Below are positions 30,348 to 41,543 of a stretch of DNA of 64,000 bases, in pieces (position 1 is the stretch's first letter; every line of letters begins with the position of its first letter). The notes beneath the pieces are model-generated. The model saw only the letters and a program-made list of their open reading frames with translations, was not told where the DNA came from and made no database searches. Source of the DNA: an uncultured Aliarcobacter sp. (lineage in GTDB: Bacteria > Campylobacterota > Campylobacteria > Campylobacterales > Arcobacteraceae); NCBI GenBank assembly GCA_963677435.1, contig OY781945.1, positions 1,920,001 to 1,984,000 on the forward strand, written 5' to 3'. The translations under genes and the position numbers were made by a program.

Positions 30348-32050
30348 TATTTTCCTCCTTCGATTAATGTCATTTCATTTAATGCATGGCCATTTGGAAC
30401 CATTGGTAATACCTCTTCATTTCTAGCAACTACAACTTCAATCATAGCAGGTCTCTTTTTCTCAATTGCATCTTTTAAAGCTATATCAAACTCTTCTTTT
30501 GTTGTAACTCTATAACCTAATCCTCCAAAAGCTTCAACAAGCATTTTAAAATTTGGTTGAGCTGATAAATCTGTTTCTGAAAGTCTATTTCCATAAAACA
30601 TAGTTTGCCATTGTCTTACCATTCCTAAATAGTTGTTATTTAGAATAATATTAATAACTGGTAATTCATATTCAACACAAGTCATAAGCTCTTGAATATT
30701 CATCAAAATTGATCCATCACCAGTGAAATTAATTGCAACTTTATCAGTTCCTTTTAAAGCTCGTGCAACTCCCATAGCAGCTGGTAATCCAAATCCCATA
30801 GTTCCTAATCCACCAGATGTAATCCATTGTCTTGGATATGAAAATGGATAAAATTGTGCTGTCCACATTTGATGTTGTCCAACATCTGTAGAAACAACAG
30901 CTCTTGCTCCTAAAAGATGCCCTACTCTTTGAATTGGCCATTGTGGTTTAATAACTTCATTTGAATCAATAAATCTTAGAGGTTCTTTTTCTCTATAATC
31001 TTTTAATAATTCAACCCAGTTTGTATAATCATTAAATTCATTTTCACCATTCTCAACAGCTTCAATCATAGCTTTAACTGTAATTTTTAAATCTCCAACA
31101 ATTGGAAAATCTGGAACAACTAATTTTGCAATTGATGTTGGGTCAATATCAACATGAATTACTTTTGCTTTTGATGCAAATTCATCAAGTCTTCCTGTTA
31201 CCCTATCATCAAATCTAGCACCTAAAGAGATTAATAAATCTGTTTCATGGGCTGCCATATTTGCTGCAAACTCCCCATGCATTCCTAACATTCCAAAGAA
31301 TAATGGATTTTCATCACCCATTACACCTCTTGCCATTAATGTCTCAACAGCAGGAATATTTAATTTTTTTGCTAATTCTCTAATTTCATATGCACAATTT
31401 GATAAAACTGCTCCACCACCAATATATAAAAGTGGTTTTTTAGCATTTGAAATTGCTTCCATCGCTCTTTTTAACTGTTTTTTATTGTAATTAACAGTTG
31501 GTTTGTATGTTGGTAAATTTATTTCACTAGGATAAACAAAATCTCCCATTTCTGCTGTAATATCTTTTGGGATATCAACATGCACAGGTCCTGGTCTTCC
31601 AGTACTTGCTATATGAAACGCCTCTTTGATAATTCTTGGTAAATCTTCAAGTCTATTTACTAAATAATTGTGTTTTGTACAAGGTCTTGAAATTCCTACA
31701 GCATCAATCTCTTGAAATCCATCTGAACCAATAATTGTAGTTGGAACTTGTCCTGAAATAACAACTAAAGGAATTGAATCCATATAAGCATCTGCTAATC
31801 CTGTTACTGCATTTGTAAATCCAGGACCTGAAGTTACTATTGAAACTCCAACTCTTCCTGTTGCTCTTGCATAACCTTCTGCTGCAATTATTGAAGCTTG
31901 TTCGTGTCTATTTAGAATGTGTTGAAAATAGTTTTGTTTATATATTTCATCATAGACGTTCATAATAGCGCCTCCAGGGTATCCAAATACTACTTCAACC
32001 CCTTCTTGATGTAATGATTCTACAACCATTTTTGCGCCAGTCATTCTCAT
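30347..32050 (-). CDS. ilvB: Acetolactate synthase large subunit
   Basis: FGYPGGA, RHEQ, TSGPG, GDGS..MNIQEL TPP motif, GMVRQWQ. Confidence 0.95.
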   Translation of the reverse strand: MRMTGAKMVVESLHQEGVEVVFGYPGGAIMNVYDEIYKQNYFQHILNRHEQASIIAAEGYARATGRVGVSIVTSGPGFTNAVTGLADAYMDSIPLVVISGQVPTTIIGSDGFQEIDAVGISRPCTKHNYLVNRLEDLPRIIKEAFHIASTGRPGPVHVDIPKDITAEMGDFVYPSEINLPTYKPTVNYNKKQLKRAMEAISNAKKPLLYIGGGAVLSNCAYEIRELAKKLNIPAVETLMARGVMGDENPLFFGMLGMHGEFAANMAAHETDLLISLGARFDDRVTGRLDEFASKAKVIHVDIDPTSIAKLVVPDFPIVGDLKITVKAMIEAVENGENEFNDYTNWVELLKDYREKEPLRFIDSNEVIKPQWPIQRVGHLLGARAVVSTDVGQHQMWTAQFYPFSYPRQWITSGGLGTMGFGLPAAMGVARALKGTDKVAINFTGDGSILMNIQELMTCVEYELPVINIILNNNYLGMVRQWQTMFYGNRLSETDLSAQPNFKMLVEAFGGLGYRVTTKEEFDIALKDAIEKKRPAMIEVVVARNEEVLPMVPNGHALNEMTLIEGGK

Positions 32051-32153
32051 GATAATTCTCCGTTTTTCTAAAAATAAGTATTTATTTTACAAAAACTATA
32101 ATTAAAATACGGTTTGATGGTTCAATTAATTTTGCAATATAATTATATATTAT

Positions 32154-34064
32154 CTATTTATCCATATTTTCAGGAATGCTAAAGTAATATCCTTGGGAAT
32201 AATCAACTCCAAGTAATCTAATCATTTCATAAATTTCTTTACTACTTACATGCTCTGCAATCACTTTAATTCCTGCTTCTTTTGCAAATTCAACAATATT
32301 TTTTACTAATAAAAACGATATTTTATCTTCTAAAATTTTGCCTATTAAAGAGCCATCGACTTTTATGTAATCAATTTTTATTTGTGATAAATATACAAAA
32401 TTTGAATAGCCACTTCCAAAATTATCAATAAATAGTTTATATCCTAATTTTTTCAGCATAATTAAATTATCTTTTGCCTCTTCTGAAGTTAATAAATCTT
32501 TACTTTCAACAATTTCTAAACCCAATCTATTTGAAATATTCTCTTCTAATGCAAAGTTTTTTAAGATTTGAAGAACTGAATTATCAGTAATATCTTTTGA
32601 AGTTATATTTAAATTTATTTTTATATCTTTATTTTCTTGCAACTTTTTATAACAAATTTTTAAAACTGCCTTTGTAATATTTCTTAAAATAAAAGTTCCC
32701 TTTATTACCGGTAAAATCTTTTCTGGAAGAATTATATTTCCATTTTTATCTATAATTCTAAGTAATGCTTCATAATGTGAAACTTCTTGAGTTTTTGTAT
32801 CTACAATTTTTTGATAATAACAAACAACTTGTTTTTTATCTATTGCATCTTTGATTTCATTTATTGAAATACTTAAATCATTATTTTTATTTTCTCTTTC
32901 ATCATAAATCTCAATATTATTTCTACCTTTACTTTTAGCATTGTACAAGGCTAAATCGGCTAGTTTAAAAGCTTCTGTAAAATTTCTTGATTTATTTGGT
33001 ACTAAATTTACTCCAATTGATACGGTTATATTCATAAACTCTTGATTGTTAATTTGAAATTTCTTTTCTTGAATATTTTTAAAAATCCTCTCAATTACAT
33101 TTAATGCACTTAAATTATCATTTCGATTAATTTTCGCTAATATTACAAACTCTTCTCCTCCATATCTAATAACAATATCCTCTTTTAAACGAATAGTTGA
33201 AGTTATAGATTGAGCGATTTGAGTTAATATTTTATCTCCAACATCATGACCATAAGTATCATTTACTACTTTAAAATAATCAATATCTAAAGTTGCCAAG
33301 ATATATTCATCTAAATTTATAAAACTCTCTGATTCTTGCAAATAATTTCTATTATAAACACCAGTTAATTTATCTGTATAAGCTGTTTTTTTGATGGCTG
33401 TATATTTAAATGTTTGAACAATTAAAAGAATTAAAAAAACAAGAATTATTAGAATAATCACAATTATTGCATATTTCATTAAAGTAAGAATTTTATTTAT
33501 ATCTTCAATTTTTTTAATTGAGAAATCAACAGCTAAAATTAGTTCTACTTTATCATTTTTTATAATTGGAACTAAATAAGTAATTAATAATTGATGTGAA
33601 AATCCGTGATCAAGAATAAGAGGTTTTTTTGTTTCAAAAATTTCAAGCCATTTTGGATTATCTATATCAAATTTTTGATTCAAAAAAGCCTTTTCACTAT
33701 CTTTAGCTCCATCTGCTAAAAATCTAAATATTCCTCTATAATCCTTATAAATCAAATATGCATATTTAATATTTGGTGTTAATAAAAGACTTAAATTTTT
33801 TTCAATTTGTGCTCGTAAATTTATATTTGTTTCTAACTCTTTTGCATAATTATCTGAGCTAGAAGCTAAAGATTTACTAATAAATGAAGCATTATTATTC
33901 GCAATAGACATTACATCAAAAGTAGATATATCAATCATTTTTTGAGTTATATTTTTCTCTAATTTCACTGTTCCATAAAGTAGTAATAAAAAAATACAAG
34001 ATATAAAAGAAGCCAAAAATATTAAATAAATTGGATTTTTAATAAATAAAATTTTCTTCATCAA
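32154..34064 (-). CDS. Membrane-anchored GGDEF-EAL c-di-GMP enzyme
   Basis: Two TMs, DKLTGVYNR, RYGGEEF, YEALLR, DNFGSGYS, QGYYF. Confidence 0.9.
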   Translation of the reverse strand: MMKKILFIKNPIYLIFLASFISCIFLLLLYGTVKLEKNITQKMIDISTFDVMSIANNNASFISKSLASSSDNYAKELETNINLRAQIEKNLSLLLTPNIKYAYLIYKDYRGIFRFLADGAKDSEKAFLNQKFDIDNPKWLEIFETKKPLILDHGFSHQLLITYLVPIIKNDKVELILAVDFSIKKIEDINKILTLMKYAIIVIILIILVFLILLIVQTFKYTAIKKTAYTDKLTGVYNRNYLQESESFINLDEYILATLDIDYFKVVNDTYGHDVGDKILTQIAQSITSTIRLKEDIVIRYGGEEFVILAKINRNDNLSALNVIERIFKNIQEKKFQINNQEFMNITVSIGVNLVPNKSRNFTEAFKLADLALYNAKSKGRNNIEIYDERENKNNDLSISINEIKDAIDKKQVVCYYQKIVDTKTQEVSHYEALLRIIDKNGNIILPEKILPVIKGTFILRNITKAVLKICYKKLQENKDIKINLNITSKDITDNSVLQILKNFALEENISNRLGLEIVESKDLLTSEEAKDNLIMLKKLGYKLFIDNFGSGYSNFVYLSQIKIDYIKVDGSLIGKILEDKISFLLVKNIVEFAKEAGIKVIAEHVSSKEIYEMIRLLGVDYSQGYYFSIPENMDK

Positions 34065-34531
34065 AAATCTTCCACAAATTTATCATAATCTTCTGATAAT
34101 TTTATTTTTTCTTTTTCCAATCTTGCTTTTATAAAAGTTATATTTGGTCTACTTTTACTCCAAAAAAATGCTCCTAGATATCTATCATCATTTAATAATT
34201 TTTCATAATTATTTGTAAAAAATATTTTTTCTTTTAAATCTTTACAATAGGAGTTTAAATCAATATCTCTTTTTACAAAAATAAAATTTGCATCTGTACA
34301 ACTATTAGTTAAAGTAAAATTCTTAGAATATACACTTTTTTCCATATCTGAAATTTCTGGAATAAAAAGTTTTATATCACTTTTTATTGAAGCATGGGCA
34401 ATATTTAATATAATTTGAGATTCAAGTTCTAACTCTTTATCATATTTATTAAGTAAAAAAGTATATTGTTCAGCATTTAGAACTACTACAAATGTGATTA
34501 AAAATATTATATATTTCATTAAAACATCCAC
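34061..34531 (-). CDS. Small exported protein (possibly YfiR-like); likely start MKYIIF at 34519
   Basis: Signal peptide; overlaps both neighbouring genes. Confidence 0.6.
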   Translation of the reverse strand: MDVLMKYIIFLITFVVVLNAEQYTFLLNKYDKELELESQIILNIAHASIKSDIKLFIPEISDMEKSVYSKNFTLTNSCTDANFIFVKRDIDLNSYCKDLKEKIFFTNNYEKLLNDDRYLGAFFWSKSRPNITFIKARLEKEKIKLSEDYDKFVEDF

Positions 34532-36402
34532 TTCATTGAAAGTGTAAATACTCTTTCATAATCATCAAGTAAAAAATTGTTCCCTGAATCTGAAAATACA
34601 GATTGTGTTGAACTGTCTAAAAGATTTTCGCCTTTTAAACTAACTTTTAAATTTTTATTTATGTTATATGATGTTCCCAATGAAATATTATAAGAAGCAT
34701 CTACATTTAAATTTGCGTAACTATAAGCATTTCTATATATTAAAGAAGTGAAATATTCGAATTTATCATACTCTCCCATATACTTTATAGTTGCACCTTT
34801 ATTTGAGTTATTTACAGTTTCAGTTATTTTTGTTGCAAAATAATTTAAAGATAGTTTGTCACTATCTGAAAGCTGATAATCATAACTATAAATAAAACCC
34901 TCTGTTTTGATAGTATGATCACTAATATTCATAAATCCATATTTAGGATGATAATAAAGAAAATCATCTATTTGTACATTGTGGTGAGTTACTCTGAACT
35001 TTTGATTTTCTGTTGTATAAACGCCTTCTACTGTAAAAAACTTATATTTTTGTACATCTAAATTTCTATTTGAAAAAGCATAATCTACATTATAAAAAGA
35101 TGGTGGTAAATAGGTTTTTGTATAAAAAGTTTTTAATCCAAAGTTTTCAAAAGGAGTATAAATAGCACCTACTCTATAAAGTTCTTCTGAAATATCATCT
35201 ATTAATCCTGATCTTTTATATTTATCAAATTTAGCATTTCCTATTAAAATTAGATTATCAAAGAGCTTATAATCATCTTCCAGCATTAAAGAAAAAACAT
35301 TTTCTTCATCAAAATCAGTGTATCTACTAAGATTAGTTTCTTTATTAGAAAAATTAACTGTTTTTAGGGTTTTTGTTTCATATGTTTTTTTTGAAACATT
35401 AATTCCTGTAACAAAACTATTGTTTCCATATTCATAAGATTTCGTTAGATTAGCTTTTAATTTTGTTAATTTTAAATCAATATCAATTTTCTTGAGATTA
35501 CGAAAAGGTGTTAAAAACATTCCTTCTTGATTTTCTTCTTCATTTTTCATATCATTAACATCTATTGAAACATTTGCTTTTAAAGAGCTATCATCAAGAA
35601 AATATTTTGTAACATCTATAAAAAAATCTTTTGTTACTATTTCTCCATCATCAGGAACTGAATCATAAGCCAATCCTGCATAATTGTCTTTTTTCAAATC
35701 ATTATAAGCCATATTTATATCTGTTGTTTCATTATTTAGATTTAAAAATAGATATCTTCTTGTTGCGTCATTATTTAATACATTATCTTTATATTTTGCA
35801 CTTTCATTACTTTTTTCATTACTTACATATGCTAAATAAGACCAGCCATTTTCATAAGCTTTTGAATCTGTCATGCTTTGAGCAAAAGAGTTTTTTGAAG
35901 TCCCTTTTAAATTTAACTCTGTACCATTTTCTTTTATACCTTTTTTTGTATAAAGCCTAACAAAATAAATTCCTGTTTCATTACCATAAGAGAATGAACT
36001 TTCACCATAATATATCTCTATATGATCAATAAAATCTAAAGGTAAATCTCCCCAAGAAGAAGATGCACTTTGATTATAAATTGAACTAACTTCATGGTCA
36101 TTAATAAAAATTCTTAAAAATCCACTAACTGCTGCTTTTGTAGCAGAAGGAGATACAGTTAAAACTCCAAATCTATTTTTGTTAAAATTTATAAGCGGTA
36201 ACTCTTTTAAAATATCATTTAACTTATTGTATTGCATAAGTTGTATATCTTTTTGAGAATAGATAAAAACATGTCCAAGTTTTTCATCTATTGTTTGTAA
36301 TGATTTTTCGCTTGTAGTGTTATATTGTTGTAATAAATTATCCAAGTCATTAGAAAATAGTAAGCTATGAAATATAAAAAATAATAAAATATAAATTTTC
36401 AT
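34519..36402 (-). CDS. TonB-dependent receptor-like outer membrane protein
   Basis: Signal peptide, plug motif IDHIEIYYGESS, GENLLD, terminal W-M-F. Confidence 0.8.
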   Translation of the reverse strand: MKIYILLFFIFHSLLFSNDLDNLLQQYNTTSEKSLQTIDEKLGHVFIYSQKDIQLMQYNKLNDILKELPLINFNKNRFGVLTVSPSATKAAVSGFLRIFINDHEVSSIYNQSASSSWGDLPLDFIDHIEIYYGESSFSYGNETGIYFVRLYTKKGIKENGTELNLKGTSKNSFAQSMTDSKAYENGWSYLAYVSNEKSNESAKYKDNVLNNDATRRYLFLNLNNETTDINMAYNDLKKDNYAGLAYDSVPDDGEIVTKDFFIDVTKYFLDDSSLKANVSIDVNDMKNEEENQEGMFLTPFRNLKKIDIDLKLTKLKANLTKSYEYGNNSFVTGINVSKKTYETKTLKTVNFSNKETNLSRYTDFDEENVFSLMLEDDYKLFDNLILIGNAKFDKYKRSGLIDDISEELYRVGAIYTPFENFGLKTFYTKTYLPPSFYNVDYAFSNRNLDVQKYKFFTVEGVYTTENQKFRVTHHNVQIDDFLYYHPKYGFMNISDHTIKTEGFIYSYDYQLSDSDKLSLNYFATKITETVNNSNKGATIKYMGEYDKFEYFTSLIYRNAYSYANLNVDASYNISLGTSYNINKNLKVSLKGENLLDSSTQSVFSDSGNNFLLDDYERVFTLSMKWMF

Positions 36403-36480
36403 AATGCCCTAGTTTTGAGTTTTTTGCGTATTGTAATTAAATTTTGGTTAATTTATAATTACAATAATGATTATCTTAGT

Positions 36481-37191
36481 CTAAATCAGTTTATATTCTA
36501 TTGGAATTTGAATTTCTATACTTTTATTTGTTTTAGGGAAGTTTTTTGAAGCTTCTTGTATTGCTTCAATAGTTGCCTTTTGTAAAAATTTATGACCTTC
36601 AATGATTTCAATACTTTCTACTATTCCATTTTGCGAAATTTTAAATCTTGCAATTACAACACCCTCGATTGAAAGTTTTCTTGCTTTCAAGGGATATTTA
36701 ACATTTTCATTAATTAATTTTCTAATTAAAGCTAGATGTTTATCTAAATACTCTTTTTTTTCATCAACAGGTTTTGATAAAATTTCTTTATCAGGAGAGA
36801 TAGGTTTTTCTACTATTTTATCTGAGATTTCTTTTTCTGATTTTTCAGCAACTTCAATCTTTTTTTCAACAATTTCTTTCTTTATATTTTTTTTCTCAAC
36901 AACTTTTTTTTCTATCTTTTTTTTGATAATAGGAGTTGGTGTTTCAAGTACTTTTTCTTTTAGTTTTTTTACAACTTCTTTTTCTTCTTTTAGTTTTGGT
37001 TCTTCTTTTATTTGCTCTTTTTGTTCACTCTTTATCTCCTGTTTTAGTTCTACATGATTTAAAGATATTGTTTTTATTTCATCTTTTTTTTCTATGATAA
37101 TTTTATCATTTGCAAAGGTGTAAAAAATTCCTATGCCAAAAAAGCTATAAAAAAACAAAGCTATAAAAAAAGAATTAAAATATCTTTTCAT
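36481..37191 (-). CDS. tonB: Energy transducer TonB
   Basis: N-terminal TM, K/E-rich spacer, YPLKARKLSIEGVV C-domain. Confidence 0.88.
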   Translation of the reverse strand: MKRYFNSFFIALFFYSFFGIGIFYTFANDKIIIEKKDEIKTISLNHVELKQEIKSEQKEQIKEEPKLKEEKEVVKKLKEKVLETPTPIIKKKIEKKVVEKKNIKKEIVEKKIEVAEKSEKEISDKIVEKPISPDKEILSKPVDEKKEYLDKHLALIRKLINENVKYPLKARKLSIEGVVIARFKISQNGIVESIEIIEGHKFLQKATIEAIQEASKNFPKTNKSIEIQIPIEYKLI

Positions 37192-37565
37192 TTTTTTGTA
37201 ACAATCGAGATATTTGAGTATTCGTATGTTTTTAACATATCTAAGACTAATACAAAAGTCTCAAATTTTGCATTTTTATCACTATTTATATGAATTGGTG
37301 TATCTTTTGGAAATTGTAAAATATGCTCTTTGATATTATCTAAACCCTCTATAAAGTTATTACAATAAAAAGTTCCATCTTCTTTGATTACGATGATTAT
37401 TTCTTTGTTTACTTCTATATTATTCGCATTTTTTGCAGTTGGTAGGGATATTGGAATTATCCCTTTTGATATAAAAGTTGAAGTCATTAAAACAATAGTT
37501 AAAAGTACAAGTAATACATCAATAAAAGGTATTACATTTATAGAATCATACTTCTTCAGTTTCAT
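37188..37565 (-). CDS. exbD: ExbD
   Basis: INVIPFIDVLLVLL. Confidence 0.9.
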   Translation of the reverse strand: MKLKKYDSINVIPFIDVLLVLLTIVLMTSTFISKGIIPISLPTAKNANNIEVNKEIIIVIKEDGTFYCNNFIEGLDNIKEHILQFPKDTPIHINSDKNAKFETFVLVLDMLKTYEYSNISIVTKK

Positions 37566-37971
37566 ATTTGCTCTCTAAAACTTCTGCATATCGACCTAAA
37601 ATATTGTAAAAAATCTGAGAAGCAATAGCAACCACAAGTCCAGCAGCAGTTGCTTTTAAAGCAAGTGCTAACGAACTCATAATTTTTGCAGCTTCAATAT
37701 CACCATTTCCCATTGTCATAAAAGTTAGCATAATAGCTAATACAGTTCCCAATAATCCAATATATGGAGAATTTGAAGCAATAGTTCCAATAATTGTAAG
37801 ATGTTTTGTCAAAGCAATATCTAGGGCTTTTTTATTTTTATAACTTGATACATCAATATTTTTATAAAATATCACTCTTTCTATAAAAAACCAAAAAGAG
37901 ATAAAACTCATAAATATAAGTAAGGCAACAACACCATAATCAACTAAATTTTTTAGAACTTCTATATTCAT
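37546..37971 (-). CDS. exbB: ExbB
   Basis: IASNSPYIGLLGTV, ALKATAAGL. Confidence 0.9.
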   Translation of the reverse strand: MNIEVLKNLVDYGVVALLIFMSFISFWFFIERVIFYKNIDVSSYKNKKALDIALTKHLTIIGTIASNSPYIGLLGTVLAIMLTFMTMGNGDIEAAKIMSSLALALKATAAGLVVAIASQIFYNILGRYAEVLESKYETEEV

Positions 37972-39322
37972 TGTAAAATCCTTTTTCTTAAATTACTTCT
38001 TAAATACCATCTAACAACACCTGTAATTAAAAGTACAAGTAGAAGTATTGAAGCCAAATCATTTATCCAAATCCACCAAGAAGCAAAAAAACTTCCATCG
38101 TGTAAAGAGTATAGAAGATTATGTAGAGTTATATTGTCAAAAACTGGCAATTTTATATCATGATTATGAGATGAGAAATATTGAATTTTTCCATCTTTAA
38201 AAAATATATCTTTAAACATATGTGGAGTATCTTCCAAAACTTTAAAACTATTATTGTCTAAAACTCTATTTGATGAACCCATTCCACTAACATATAAAAC
38301 ATCGCCTTTTCTAATAAGTTTATAGGCAAAACCTTCTGAGACAAATTCAAAATTTATTAAATCACTACTTTTGAAAATTCCAAATCTATTTCCAATATAA
38401 AAATCTTTTCCATCAAAATCAGCTCCAAAAATATCACTTTTTAGAGTTTTATAAACAGGTGGTAAAAACTTATTTGGAATTGTAATTTCATTCATAAATT
38501 TATTTAAATCTTTTCCATGATCAAGGAAAATACCACTTATTACTAAAAGCATTATAGGAATAATTGCTATTATAGAAAAAATATTCGAATGAAGTTTTAC
38601 AAATACTTTATACTATTTTTGTAGGTTTTACTACTTTTTATATTTTTAATAAGCCACCATAAAATAAAACCACTAAAACCTAAAATTATCAAAACAATTG
38701 CAGCATAATCATTTATTAATAATGAAAGATGTCCATCAAAAAGCCCTCTTCCATAGTGTATATCTCTTATTAGTCTAGAAAGAGTAATATCATTTGTTAA
38801 CAACTTTTCTGGAATAGAAACTTCTTTATCAAATAGTATTAGATTAGTATTTAAATCCACAAAAATTACATTTGTTTTATCTTCAACGGCTAATAATCTA
38901 TCTTTGTATATATTTAAAGATTTTATAATCTTTCCATCTAATAGATATTTATTCCAATTTAAACTTTTAAATCCTTTTCTATAAATACCATTTGCAGTTG
39001 CCACATATAAAAAATCATCACTATTTTTTATAGAATAAACAACTTCATCAAGGGTTTGAATAAAATTTTCACCTGCATCAAAACTTTCGTAAATTCCCCT
39101 AGCTCCACCTGCAATTATATGTTTTTCATCATTTGGATTTATCAAATATGAATAAAAACTTCCATTATTTAGTTTATATACACTCGAGGGAACATCTTTT
39201 AATGTAGTAGTATGTAAAAACTTCCAATTATAATGATCTAGAAAAAATCCTGTGATTGAAAGTATTAAAATAACCACTCCAGCTATTAAGCCAGAGATTT
39301 TATGTATTTTTCTATTTGTCAT
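37968..39322 (-). pseudogene. PepSY-associated TM-helix protein split by a frameshift (ORFs 38597..39322 and 37968..38552)
   Basis: IHKISGL..ITGFFLDH, DIHYG and LHDG motifs; adding one base near 38601-38603 joins the ORFs (..KYF-VKLHSNIFSIIAIIPIMLLVISGIFLDH). Confidence 0.75.
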
Positions 39323-39329
39323 AATTTTC

Positions 39330-41372
39330 CTAAAACTTATAATTTAAACCAGCATAATATGCTCTTGGATTACCAGGAGTATAACTATCTGACCAACTAC
39401 TTGATGCACTTGTAGCATATTTTTTATCTGTAATATTTGTAACTTTTCCAAAGATAGAAAGATTTTTTGAAAGATTATAAGTTCCTTTTACATTTCCTAT
39501 TTCATAACCTGAATATTTTTTTGTATTTTCATTATTCATATAATAATCGCCAACATATTGGATTTCACCCATTAATGTTAGTTTTTTCATAAAAAATGGA
39601 TTGTAAAATAGTCTAAAATTTCCAGTATGATTTGGAGCTTCAGCCATTTCATTATCATTGTAATTAATATCATCTACAAAATTATGTCTGCTATAACTAT
39701 ATGCGATTTTTGAAGAAATATCTTCTGTTAGATTTGAGAATAATGTTAATTCAATCCCTTTGTGTTCTGATTTTCCACCATTTAAATAATAGGTATTTCC
39801 ATCAGAGTCTTTATTTGTAGTAATCGTATCTTCTATATTCATAAAATATGCACTTGATTCAAAATATGCTTTTTCAAACTCTTTTTTAAATCCTACTTCA
39901 TAAGTATTTGTTGTTTCTGGGTCTAATTTTGCTTCTGAATATCCAGCTTTCATAGAGTATAATTTTGTAGCAGAGGGAATTGTAAAACCATTTGCATATC
40001 TTGTATATAAAGTTGTTGTTTCATCTAATTTGTAAGTAAATGAAGCTTTTGGACTAAAGTGAGTAAAACTATCTTCTTTATCATTTGGTCGATAGTAAAC
40101 TCCTGAAGCATCCGTTCCAGTTGAGAGATTGTTTTTATAATCAAATTTATTATAATCAAACCTTGCGCCTAAATCAAAATCTAGTTTTTCTGTTATTTCC
40201 CATTTGTTATTTACATAAGGAGCAATTGCTGTATATGTTACATCATAATCATAAATTGAGCCTTTTGGATATGTTTTTCCACTAGCTGTTGTTGCAAAAT
40301 CTTGATTATAAACTAAAGAAGAATCAGTATATTCTGTATCAAAACCAAAAATAACTTCTCCATAATTTGTATCTAAAGTATTTCTTTGAAGTAAACCAAG
40401 AGTATATATTTTAGTATCGTTTGATGGAAGATTTTTTTCCCATGTTGCTACATATTTATTTTCATTAAATCTAATATATGGAGTTAAAACTATTTCTAAA
40501 TTATCATTAGAATAATTTGCCCAATCAACACTAAGTCTTGCAAAATCGAACTCTCTTCTTATATCTGTATTTTTTAATGCTGTATAAAAAGAAGCTTTGT
40601 CACTAGCTTTTTTTGAGGCATCAGTAATATATGAATAATCACTAAAACTATCAGCTTGTTCGGCATCTGTTTTTGTATAGTTAAATATAGTTTTTAAGAT
40701 ATTTTCATCATTGTATTTATAGTCATATCTTAGATTTGCTTCAATTCTATCATAAGAAGTGTGTTCTCTGTATCCATCCTCTGTGGAATAACTAACATTT
40801 GCTCTATATGCTGATTTTTCATCTAAAGTATCACTCATTTCTGCTTTTGCAGAATAAAAACCAAAACTTCCTGCTGTTGTTTTCACTTCTCTTTCAAGGG
40901 TTTTTGATGGTTTTTCCAAAGAATTTACATTAATAGTTGCAGCAACTGCATCAGAACCATATAAGGCACTTCCTGCACCTTTTAGAACTTCAACATTATC
41001 TGCATTTTCAAAACTTGTGTATGCTAAACCATTGTGATTAAAAAATCCTGAAGATTGAACAGCAAGTCCATCTTGCATAAATAAATAATACCCATTTGTA
41101 CCATTTGGCATACGAATAGCAGTTGTGTGTCCGATTCCTGAACTTGTTTGTTCAATTCGAACACCTGAAAGTGAGTTTAATAACTCTTTTTGAGTAGTAG
41201 CTTGGTCTAAATCAATTTCATTCTTATCTTTTTTTGAAATACTATTTGCGATGACAAGATTTTGTTCTTCTTGTTTAGTTGGGGTTACACTTATTTGATT
41301 TAATTCTATTATTGAATCATTTGCTAAAAGATAAGTGCAAACACTTAATGATAAGATAAGTTTTTTGCTCAT
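39330..41372 (-). CDS. TonB-dependent receptor
   Basis: Signal peptide, VEVLKGAGSALYGSDA plug, LDPET, NITDKKY, terminal YKF. Confidence 0.92.
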   Translation of the reverse strand: MSKKLILSLSVCTYLLANDSIIELNQISVTPTKQEEQNLVIANSISKKDKNEIDLDQATTQKELLNSLSGVRIEQTSSGIGHTTAIRMPNGTNGYYLFMQDGLAVQSSGFFNHNGLAYTSFENADNVEVLKGAGSALYGSDAVAATINVNSLEKPSKTLEREVKTTAGSFGFYSAKAEMSDTLDEKSAYRANVSYSTEDGYREHTSYDRIEANLRYDYKYNDENILKTIFNYTKTDAEQADSFSDYSYITDASKKASDKASFYTALKNTDIRREFDFARLSVDWANYSNDNLEIVLTPYIRFNENKYVATWEKNLPSNDTKIYTLGLLQRNTLDTNYGEVIFGFDTEYTDSSLVYNQDFATTASGKTYPKGSIYDYDVTYTAIAPYVNNKWEITEKLDFDLGARFDYNKFDYKNNLSTGTDASGVYYRPNDKEDSFTHFSPKASFTYKLDETTTLYTRYANGFTIPSATKLYSMKAGYSEAKLDPETTNTYEVGFKKEFEKAYFESSAYFMNIEDTITTNKDSDGNTYYLNGGKSEHKGIELTLFSNLTEDISSKIAYSYSRHNFVDDINYNDNEMAEAPNHTGNFRLFYNPFFMKKLTLMGEIQYVGDYYMNNENTKKYSGYEIGNVKGTYNLSKNLSIFGKVTNITDKKYATSASSSWSDSYTPGNPRAYYAGLNYKF

Positions 41373-41543
41373 TGTTTATAATTTCCTAAAATAATTTTTA
41401 GAATAGTAAAACAGTTGTGTTAATTATCTATTAATTATTAGTTAATTAATATCTAAATGTAGGATTTCTTTTTATATTTTAGTTCTAAGTTGGTGTAAAC
41501 AACATCATTAACTTACTTCTGGATTTTTTGATTTTAGATAATA

